Origin: an uncultured Syntrophales bacterium
GTDB lineage: Bacteria > Desulfobacterota > Syntrophia > Syntrophales > JADFWA01
Assembly: GCA_964454305.1 (NCBI GenBank)
Contig: CAYVXX010000003.1
Span: 74 to 64,073 of the forward strand
DNA: 64,000 nucleotides
Direction: 5' to 3'
Shown here: positions 38,350 through 45,760 of the stretch, piece by piece
How the letters are laid out: the number at the start of each line of letters is the position of its first letter
Numbering within the stretch: position 1 is the stretch's first letter
Made by a program: the position numbers and the translations under genes
Notes under the pieces: model-generated
Seen by the model: the letters and a program-made list of their open reading frames with translations, nothing else
What the model was told of the DNA's origin: nothing
The model's database searches: none

Positions 38350-38400
38350 AGTGTCTTTTTCAAGAAACCGGACTGTGTAATAAAAACCACCCGATATCCG

Positions 38401-39774
38401 CTATGAGACCTTATCCCCCCATAAATCGTACATTCTGCCTATCGCCTGTTCATCCGTTGCGACTCCCATGGGAATATATATAACATGGTCCTTCCCAGCC
38501 AGCTTATTCCGGAGGATCCGCCAGCAGTCAAATACAACAACCGGAGGATCTTTTGTGGGAAAATTTTCGGATCGCAATGCCCTGAATGCAGGATCCGGTG
38601 TGGTGATGATGACCACGTGGGCCTGGTTGAGACAGGATTCTACGTCGTCGAGAACGAGGGCCTTGTCACGAAAAATCTCTCTTGCTTCCGTTTTGGCCTG
38701 AGGGTCGTAGCTTATCACTCTTACCCCGGCGCTTGCGAGAGCCTTGGCTAAATAAATTCCCTGTGACTCTTCGACCACGTGGGAATGGGGTTTATATGCA
38801 AGGCCAAGCACGGCAACCGTTATTCCCGGCCTGAGGTAAGGTTTCAGACGGTCCACGATCTTATCAACGAGTTCACGGTTCATTCTGTCCGTCGTTTCGG
38901 CAAGCTCTGCCTTCACCCCAACTGCGTCTGAAAAGACCGTAAGGGCGACATTGTCCCTCGGAAAACAGGGGCCTCCATATCCTAACGCACCCTTAAGAAA
39001 TTTCGCCCCGATACGCATGTCCGTACCGATAGCATCGGTTACGATATCCACGTCGCCTCCCGGTATCTTCTCGCACAGTTCGACCAGCATGTTGGCATAG
39101 GTGATTTTAGTGGTAATGAACGTATTAAGCGCGATCTTTGTGAGTTCGGCATTTTCGATGCTCATCCGCTTGCAGGGGGGGCTGTTTTCCATGATCCGGG
39201 AATAGCAGGATTCGAGTTGACTGCCTGCCCGTTCGTCGAACTCACCGACAAGAGTAAAATCGGGGTTCAGGAAATCTTGAATAATACTGCCAAGGGCGAT
39301 GAACTCCGGGCTGTAACAGAGACCGAAATTCGAACCACAGGATTTGCCCGACTCCTTCTCCAGGATCGGCAGCAAGCCGTAACGCGTTGAACCAGGCAGA
39401 ACCGTACTCGTCAAAACCACATTATGGTATTCGTTTTTTGAGGCCAGTGCGCGGCCGATTTCTTTAAATGCCCATGCCGCATACTGGAGCGAGAAGACTC
39501 CGTTTCGGTCACTCGGGGTGGGGACGATAACAAAGGAGAGGTCTGTGTTGAGAATGGCATCCGTAGTATCCAGGGTGGCCCTGATCCTCTCTTTGTTAGC
39601 TTCAATCGTTTTCTGAAGATCAGTTTCTTTGACCGGTGCAATCCCACTGTTCACCTTGGCCACAACCTCCGGAATGATGTCAACTCCGACGACCTGAAAA
39701 CCTCTTTTGGCAATGGCTGCAGCCATGCTGCAGCCCAGTTTACCGAGCCCTATAATGGAATATCTGGTACTCAC
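38401..39774 (-). CDS. nucleotide-sugar 6-dehydrogenase (UDP-glucose/GDP-mannose dehydrogenase family)
   Basis: N-terminal Rossmann YSIIGLGKLGCSMAAAIA and catalytic-Cys motif YGGPCFPRD. 457 aa. Substrate not assignable. Confidence 0.85.
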   Translation of the reverse strand: MSTRYSIIGLGKLGCSMAAAIAKRGFQVVGVDIIPEVVAKVNSGIAPVKETDLQKTIEANKERIRATLDTTDAILNTDLSFVIVPTPSDRNGVFSLQYAAWAFKEIGRALASKNEYHNVVLTSTVLPGSTRYGLLPILEKESGKSCGSNFGLCYSPEFIALGSIIQDFLNPDFTLVGEFDERAGSQLESCYSRIMENSPPCKRMSIENAELTKIALNTFITTKITYANMLVELCEKIPGGDVDIVTDAIGTDMRIGAKFLKGALGYGGPCFPRDNVALTVFSDAVGVKAELAETTDRMNRELVDKIVDRLKPYLRPGITVAVLGLAYKPHSHVVEESQGIYLAKALASAGVRVISYDPQAKTEAREIFRDKALVLDDVESCLNQAHVVIITTPDPAFRALRSENFPTKDPPVVVFDCWRILRNKLAGKDHVIYIPMGVATDEQAIGRMYDLWGDKVS

Positions 39775-39866
39775 ACCTGTTGCTCCATTTATGCTTCTTC
39801 TTACTTTATGAAAATATGTCAGAATACCCCATGTTTTACACGGGGATGAAAGGCATCCTTATAGTT

Positions 39867-39985
39867 CCCTCTCTCCCGGTGGGAGAAGGTTAGGAAGAGG
39901 GGGTATTTGACAAATTTTTCACCCCCACCTTACTCCTCCCCCGTCACGTGCAGCGCAGGCGCTTGCGTCGCGTGAGGGGGAGGAG
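39867..39985. repeat. G/C-tract palindromic (REP-like) element pair
   Basis: CCCTCTCTCCCGGTGGGAGAAGGTTAGGAAGAGGGGG, then CTCCTCCCCCGTCACG (39933-39948) pairing with CGTGAGGGGGAGGAG (39971-39985). That is a 15-16 bp stem with one bulge and a 22-nt loop. Lies between two minus-strand genes. Confidence 0.7.
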
Positions 39986-40050
39986 GTTGATTATGGATGT
40001 TCCGCCTACAAGACGGGGCTTGCGGGTGTGTTCCCTGTCAATGTTCGTTC

Positions 40051-41028
40051 TCATGCCGTCTGATAGTTCTTGACCTGTGAATCGATCCAGCGGTATGTTT
40101 TTTCCAATCCAGCCCTCAGCGGCTGAGATGGTTTCCAGCCCAATTTTTCCTGAATAAGCCTGTTGTCCGAATTTCTGCCTCGAACGCCTAACGGTCCCTC
40201 GATGTGTCTAACGGTCAGGTCTTTTCCCGCAATGTCCGTGACCGTTTCTACCAAATGACCAATACTTACCATTTCCTCAGAGCCTATATTCACCGGACCC
40301 GTCCAATCAGATCGCATGAGCCGTGTGATTCCCTCCAGACATTCGTCGATATAGAGGAATGATCTTGTCTGTTTGCCGTCTCCCCAGATCTCTATTTCTC
40401 CCCCATCATTCGCTTCGGCAACTTTTCGGCAAATGGCGGCCGGGGCTTTTTCTCTTCCCCCGTTCCAGACGCCCTCGGGTCCAAATATGTTATGAAAACG
40501 GGCGATGCTCACATGCATTCCGTAATTTCTATGAAATGCAAGATACAGGCGCTCGCTGAACAGCTTCTCCCATCCATACTCACTATCGGGGTGCGCCGGA
40601 TAGACGCTGTCTTCCGAACAGATTGGATTCTCCGGGTCCATCTGATTGTATTGGGGATAGATACATGCCGATGAAGAGTAGAAAATTCGCCCGGTATTTT
40701 CATTTAAACATGCTTCAAGCATATTTAAATTAATCAGGGCCGAATTGTGCATGACATCAGCGTCATTTTCGCCTGTGAAGATGTATCCGGCTCCTCCCAT
40801 GTCGGCAGCCAGCTGGTAGACTTCATCAAACTGTGTGTCAAACAGAGACCTGCAAACCCGTGGATCACGCAAATCTCCCAATAGAAAGTCATCTGCTTCT
40901 GTAGGAGAGAATTCGGGATATTTAAGATCAACACCTCTGACCCAGAATCCTTCATTTTTTAATCTTTTGATCAAATGACTTCCTATGAACCCTCCCGCTC
41001 CGCAGACAAGGGCTCTCTTCTTTGACAT
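40051..41028 (-). CDS. NAD-dependent sugar-nucleotide epimerase, GDP-mannose 3,5-epimerase-like
   Basis: VCGAGGFIGSHL. YQLAADMGGAGYIFTGENDADVMHNSALINLNMLEA closely resembles the AADMGGMGFI...N..MI.FNM.EA block I recall from GME enzymes. Confidence 0.7.
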   Translation of the reverse strand: MSKKRALVCGAGGFIGSHLIKRLKNEGFWVRGVDLKYPEFSPTEADDFLLGDLRDPRVCRSLFDTQFDEVYQLAADMGGAGYIFTGENDADVMHNSALINLNMLEACLNENTGRIFYSSSACIYPQYNQMDPENPICSEDSVYPAHPDSEYGWEKLFSERLYLAFHRNYGMHVSIARFHNIFGPEGVWNGGREKAPAAICRKVAEANDGGEIEIWGDGKQTRSFLYIDECLEGITRLMRSDWTGPVNIGSEEMVSIGHLVETVTDIAGKDLTVRHIEGPLGVRGRNSDNRLIQEKLGWKPSQPLRAGLEKTYRWIDSQVKNYQTA

Positions 41029-41071
41029 GTTATTTACTCCTTACGTATTTTTCAGCTATGCTGAAAAAAAG

Positions 41072-41091
41072 TTGAACTGAACAGCGAGCGC
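41072..41091 (+). repeat. partial copy of the TTGAACTGAACAGCGAGCG repeat family
   Basis: TTGAACTGAACAGCGAGCGC is identical to the left end of the copies at 20414 and, in reverse complement, 44968. Confidence 0.7.
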
Positions 41092-41137
41092 TTTTTCATT
41101 TTCAATACCGGGGATTCTATGTAAAATAGGCATATTG

Positions 41138-42307
41138 TTATTTGCTGAAATACACCTTTTTCAACTGTTCATCCAAGGTGGGACTCGCTTCAACAATTTC
41201 AGTGAATAGTTCCCTGGAAAGGGTAAGAAGTTCCACTTCTTCTATCGCTCTGACCGTAGCGGCGCGCGGTTCCTTTCTTAAGAGAGCGAGTTCCCCGAAG
41301 AAATCGCCGGGGCCAAGTTCGATAAGAAACTCCTCCTTGCCATCCGTTTCCTTAATAACTTTCACACGACCCGTCCGTATGATGTAAAATTTCTCTCCTT
41401 CATCGCCCTGCCTTATAATGACGGTTCCCGCAGGGTGGGTTTCCTGGAGCAGCTTGTTTGCAATATCGGCAAGCAGAGTCGGGTTGGAATCTTTAAAGAT
41501 AGGACACTTTATGAGAAATGTTGCTATTGTCAGAGATTCGGCGACGTCAATATCGGAGTCCACATATCCATCTACCATCCTGACGATACGGTCTGCCACA
41601 TCGAGAATTCGATTGTCATGAGTAACGATAAGGACCGTGCAGTCCTCTGACTTTGCCATTTTTTTGAGGATATTTACAACGAGCCTTCCCGTATTCTTGT
41701 CGAGAGCTGCCGTTGGTTCGTCGGCAAGAATCAGTTTGGGACGGTTTACGAGGGCCCTCCCGATGGCTACCCTCTGTCGCTGTCCGCCCGAAAGTTTTTG
41801 CGGTTTTTTAGAGAGGTGTTCCCCAAGCTCCAGCTCCTTCAAAATCTCTTCAGAGAAGTTTTGGGCATCTTCATTTGTATAGTCAGAAAGCTCAGTGGCA
41901 AGTTTTACATTCTGATATGTGGTCAATGCCTCGAAAAGGTTGTGGGCTTGAAATATAAAGCCTATGTTACGGCGGATCTTAGCTTGTTCCAGAGAACTCA
42001 GCCCATAGAGTTCATTTCCGAAGATTTTCAGACTGCCCTCTTGAACTGCCCGCAAAGCACCGATAAGCGTCAACAGAGTCGTCTTCCCCGAACCGGATGG
42101 ACCTGTCATTATGACAATTTCTCCGGGATACATGGTCAGGTTGTTGTCGAAAAGAACCTGGATTTTATTTTCACCATCGCCGTATGAATAGTTGATATTT
42201 TTTATTTCTATCGAGGGTGCTGCCTTTTTTTTGGTGGAAAAGGTGTGACCGGCCTCTATAGTTTCACGGATTTTTTCTGTGATAGGGTTAAATTCCTGCT
42301 CGGTCAT
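41138..42307 (-). CDS. devA: DevA-family ABC exporter ATPase fused to a C-terminal cyclic-nucleotide-binding domain
   Basis: Walker A GPSGSGKTT, GFIFQAHNL, signature LSGGQRQR, Walker B LILADEPT. The C-terminal ~125 aa (about 41138-41515) carry the CAP/cNMP motif FFGELALLRKEPRAATVRA. Confidence 0.85.
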   Translation of the reverse strand: MTEQEFNPITEKIRETIEAGHTFSTKKKAAPSIEIKNINYSYGDGENKIQVLFDNNLTMYPGEIVIMTGPSGSGKTTLLTLIGALRAVQEGSLKIFGNELYGLSSLEQAKIRRNIGFIFQAHNLFEALTTYQNVKLATELSDYTNEDAQNFSEEILKELELGEHLSKKPQKLSGGQRQRVAIGRALVNRPKLILADEPTAALDKNTGRLVVNILKKMAKSEDCTVLIVTHDNRILDVADRIVRMVDGYVDSDIDVAESLTIATFLIKCPIFKDSNPTLLADIANKLLQETHPAGTVIIRQGDEGEKFYIIRTGRVKVIKETDGKEEFLIELGPGDFFGELALLRKEPRAATVRAIEEVELLTLSRELFTEIVEASPTLDEQLKKVYFSK

Positions 42308-42403
42308 AGTGTACTGTTCTCCGGCTGAAAGCGAAACCTGCCTGTTATTGATGCCTTGTGGGGACAGACTGAAAGGCTTTTTTCAAACATATTTTCATGG
42401 AAG

Positions 42404-43285
42404 TTATAAATTGATGGAGACATTAACTTCCATATTAATCAATTTGTCTGCTACTTCGGAGTGATTAAGGCGAATCTTGACTTTGGCAACTTTCGATTTT
42501 TCGGAAATTACTCTGCCGATGGATTCGATCTGTCCTGTTAATGCTTTGGGCAGAGAATTGCTGGTAATCGTAACACTCTGACCGAGCGACAGTTTCAGGA
42601 GGTCACTCTCGAAAATATCTGCAATTACATATATCTGCCTGAGATCCGCCATCGTTATGATTGTTCCGCTTCCGGTACTTTCCCCAACGTTCTGAAGGAT
42701 CTCGATTATGGTTCCATCACATGGTGCTTTGATGACCGCATTTTGCAATTTTTCTCTGGCTACGTGTAGTTGGTCAATTGCTCTCTTTACCTTGATATCG
42801 CGATCCAATACGAGGCGCTGCAGTTCCTGACCTGCCAGGTCAAGATTGAGTTGAGCAGTCTTTACATGGCTTTCACGGAGCTGTGTCTCCTGTTTGGAAA
42901 CCGAGTCACCACCAATTCTTTCAAATCTGCTGAGTCTTTTTGAGGCTAATTCGTGATCCTCTTTTGCAACCTTCACCTTCAGTTTTTGAATCGCAATGGC
43001 CTTCTTGCCCAGCTTATCTGCCTCCTCTACTGCCAGTTCGGCCAATGCGACTTCAAGCGACTGAGTGGCTTTGCTGCGTAAAATGACGAGCTGTGTCCCT
43101 TTTTCAACAAAATCGCCCTCTTTAACCATAATGTCAGCGATGATATCTCCGGATTGTCCTACCAGATTAACGATACCGCCGGCCGGCTTAATGCGGCCTA
43201 ACGCGCCTACTTTTTCTCCGGCCATGAGTTCCGAATTAACTGCAAACATAGCCAGAACAAGAATGACAACTAATTTCTTTTTCAT
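42404..43285 (-). CDS. devB: DevB-family membrane fusion (HlyD-like) protein
   Basis: Signal/anchor, then GALGRIKPAGGIVNL ... VKEGDFVEKGTQLVIL, a coiled-coil hairpin and a beta-barrel domain. Confidence 0.85.
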   Translation of the reverse strand: MKKKLVVILVLAMFAVNSELMAGEKVGALGRIKPAGGIVNLVGQSGDIIADIMVKEGDFVEKGTQLVILRSKATQSLEVALAELAVEEADKLGKKAIAIQKLKVKVAKEDHELASKRLSRFERIGGDSVSKQETQLRESHVKTAQLNLDLAGQELQRLVLDRDIKVKRAIDQLHVAREKLQNAVIKAPCDGTIIEILQNVGESTGSGTIITMADLRQIYVIADIFESDLLKLSLGQSVTITSNSLPKALTGQIESIGRVISEKSKVAKVKIRLNHSEVADKLINMEVNVSINL

Positions 43286-43321
43286 TTATCACGTCCCAGA
43301 TACATGTTTTTTAAGGTTATT

Positions 43322-44896
43322 TTAAAAGGGCAGCTCCATCAGGCTTTTCAGCCTGAAACGAACTTTCTCGTCTTTTCCGTCTTCTTCAAAAACAGTGCCG
43401 GTAACATAACGGAGTTCGGCCAAAGCTACGATATATTTGCTCATCGCATTATTTTCTGCGACCCTGGCTTCGGAGTAACGGTCCTCTATATCAATGACCG
43501 AGGTCAAAGTGGTTTCATTTTCTTTGAGCTTGGCGTTTTCATGGATTACCGCTTTACGATAATCTTCCGTTGACTTTCGGGAGAGATTGTATTCATGAAT
43601 GGTACGCCGCAGTGTTTCCATGGCAACAAGTACCTGTGAAGCAATATTGTTAGATAATTCAGCCGCAGTAAACGCCTTCTCTTTCACAAGAGCTTTCCTG
43701 CGAAGCATTTCGCCTCGAGCTGCGTTGTTTTCGATTGGTAGTTCGAGGTTGAGCGCCCCGAAGACATTGCCCCCCGTCAGGTTGTTGGAAAACCCTTCGT
43801 AATAGCGGTGTGCATTCGAGCTTTCATCCAGCCCGGCATATCCGACTCTGAAACTGAAATCGAGACGAGGCTTTATATCATTTTCTGCCTTGTGTAAGAG
43901 AATTTCTTCTGTATTAATGTCGACTTTGGATGAGAGATAATCGGCCCTGTGCCTCAACGCTTCGTTGATGTACTTATCACGAGCAAGGGTTTCAAAAACA
44001 TCCGGATTAATCACTTCAGGATATGTTCCCTCTACACGCGGAGCTGTGGATAATTCCTGCGGGGTGAGGCCAATGGCAACGGCAAGGGCCTGTTTGCTTT
44101 TATAAAGCTCAAGCCGGGCATCTGAAAGGCTGCTTTGCCTAATGAGAAGCTTGGCTCTTGCCTGATTCAAAAGAAACGGCTCAATTTCTCCTCCTTGTAC
44201 GAGAAGCTCAACGAGTTTGAATATCTCAAAAGAACGTTTTTCCGAATCTTCAAGGATTTCCACGTTCTTTCCGGCAGCGAGACACTTCCAGTAAGCCGAT
44301 GCTGTGGAGAAAACACTTTTGGAAATATTGTGCTTTGATAATAATTCTGAGGTATTAAGGTTGGAACGTGCAGCCAATTCATTGGCGCCGGTGTTTTTTA
44401 CGCCAAGTCCTCTTAACAGGGGAATGACGATTTCAACGTTGACATCGGAACGATTTACTGATTTGTACTGAGAAGAATTGTCATATGAATCCAACGCCGA
44501 TACAGTTGGCGAAACCGTTATTCCTGTGCGCGACTTTTTTGAAACCCCGATGGATAAAGCTGTATCTTCTCCCTTGAGTTTGTCCGTAACGGAACCGCCA
44601 CTTGAAGCGGCGGCGGCTTCTGCCGCTCGTTTCTGTAATTCCGTCAGGGGCAGCTTTTGAAGCTCTCTGGAAATGGTGCCGGTTCCTGTCCAATCGAATG
44701 TTCCTGAAGCTTTTTGCAGCGCACCTTCACTTTGACGAACTTTTTCTTTCTGTATTTTAACTCCGAGATTAGATTCAAGGGTCTTTAAAATTGCATCCTC
44801 TAAGGAAATGGTACGCTCTGCAGCTTCGAGTTGCTGGAAGGGGATGGAGATGCAAACCAAAAAAAGGAAGATACTGTGTATGAACGTTTTCTTCAT
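43322..44896 (-). CDS. TolC-like outer-membrane efflux channel
   Basis: Signal peptide. Two OEP repeats with long coiled-coil heptads. Position directly upstream of devB. Confidence 0.8.
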   Translation of the reverse strand: MKKTFIHSIFLFLVCISIPFQQLEAAERTISLEDAILKTLESNLGVKIQKEKVRQSEGALQKASGTFDWTGTGTISRELQKLPLTELQKRAAEAAAASSGGSVTDKLKGEDTALSIGVSKKSRTGITVSPTVSALDSYDNSSQYKSVNRSDVNVEIVIPLLRGLGVKNTGANELAARSNLNTSELLSKHNISKSVFSTASAYWKCLAAGKNVEILEDSEKRSFEIFKLVELLVQGGEIEPFLLNQARAKLLIRQSSLSDARLELYKSKQALAVAIGLTPQELSTAPRVEGTYPEVINPDVFETLARDKYINEALRHRADYLSSKVDINTEEILLHKAENDIKPRLDFSFRVGYAGLDESSNAHRYYEGFSNNLTGGNVFGALNLELPIENNAARGEMLRRKALVKEKAFTAAELSNNIASQVLVAMETLRRTIHEYNLSRKSTEDYRKAVIHENAKLKENETTLTSVIDIEDRYSEARVAENNAMSKYIVALAELRYVTGTVFEEDGKDEKVRFRLKSLMELPF

Positions 44897-44917
44897 TGGC
44901 TTTTTCTGTTTTTAACA

Positions 44918-44968
44918 TTGAAGCTCCCCGCTGCAAGCAACGGGGAATGCGCTCGCTGTTCAGTTCAA
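44918..44968 (-). repeat. compact 51-nt copy of the repeat family (single CTTG-loop hairpin)
   Basis: Reverse complement reads TTGAACTGAACAGCGAGCGCATTCCCCGTTGCTTGCAGCGGGGAGCTTCAA. Terminal TTGAA/TTCAA inverted ends. 22 nt upstream of the tolC-like start. Confidence 0.8.
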
Positions 44969-45242
44969 AAGATACTTTGCCAGATTACATTGTTCAGTTA
45001 GTCTTCGATCTGTTTTTGCAGGATCGCATATATAATCCTGAAACCGGCTTTCTTTTACTTTAAGAACCTGTACGTCATATATGCATACATTTGAAAAAAA
45101 ATGCTACACTACTTGTCACGTCACTGTCAAAGAAAAATTAATTTTCACCTGATTTTTACGAATGAGTCAAGTATCAAGTTTGTATTGAAGTTGTTTTACT
45201 ATTATGAAAAATAATGCCGTGGGTTCGTGGTGGAGAAATCTT

Positions 45243-45329
45243 CGGGGAATCTCAGACTGTTAAGGAAAATTACTGACGTTATTTTTCTTCGAAGAATTAT
45301 TGGTTTTATTCGCTCGCTGTTCAGTTCAA
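45243..45329 (-). repeat. long variant copy of the repeat family
   Basis: Reverse complement reads TTGAACTGAACAGCGAGCGAATAAAACCAATAATTCTTCG...CCTTAACAGTCTGAGATTCCCCG. It parallels the second half of the 20413-20530 copy (AGCGAGCGAATAAAAACAACAATCTTCCTTACCAGTCGGAGATTTCCCG). Confidence 0.7.
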
Positions 45330-45379
45330 GGTGTAAAACTTTTCGAACAGTTACTGTGACGAACCCAATTAATTTCTTG

Positions 45380-45408
45380 TTGCATTTTCTATTGTTACGA
45401 TTTATATT
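45380..45408 (+). promoter_or_regulatory. putative sigma70-type promoter for the ACP-FAAL operon
   Basis: TTGCAT (45380-45385), 17-nt spacer, TATATT (45403-45408), about 65 nt upstream of the ACP start. Sequence-pattern call only. Confidence 0.3.
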
Positions 45409-45473
45409 GAGCGGCAGATTTAGACCCTTTAATCATGGCAGGTGTTCACACGGATAAGGCAATTTAAAAAAGA

Positions 45474-45731
45474 ATGAAAGAGGCGGCAAAAGAAGACATT
45501 CTAACAGATTTGAAGCTTATAGCCGTGAAAGAATTAGAACTTGCTCCGGAAGAGCTTTCCCGGCTTCAGCCTGATTCTCCCATAATAGAAACTCTCAACC
45601 TCGATTCCCTTGCCCAGACGGCGTTTATATTCGCGATTGAAGATCATTATGGAATTGCATTTGAGCTGGAAGATACGGCAAAAATAGAAACCTTACAGGA
45701 TATAATTAATCTAATCAAAAAAAAGATATAG
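45474..45731 (+). CDS. stand-alone acyl carrier protein
   Basis: 85 aa, four-helix ACP pattern with attachment motif LNLDSLAQTAFIFAIE. Confidence 0.8.
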   Translation: MKEAAKEDILTDLKLIAVKELELAPEELSRLQPDSPIIETLNLDSLAQTAFIFAIEDHYGIAFELEDTAKIETLQDIINLIKKKI

Positions 45732-45760
45732 CACCGGTTTACCGGGTAGAGGCTTTTATA

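Noticed and set aside
45227-45457. 76-aa ORF in the tolC/ACP divergent region.
   Set aside because: It is largely composed of the repeat-element sequence (…IRSLFSSRCKT… is read from the repeat). It has no RBS and a low-complexity Leu/Arg/Phe-rich translation.
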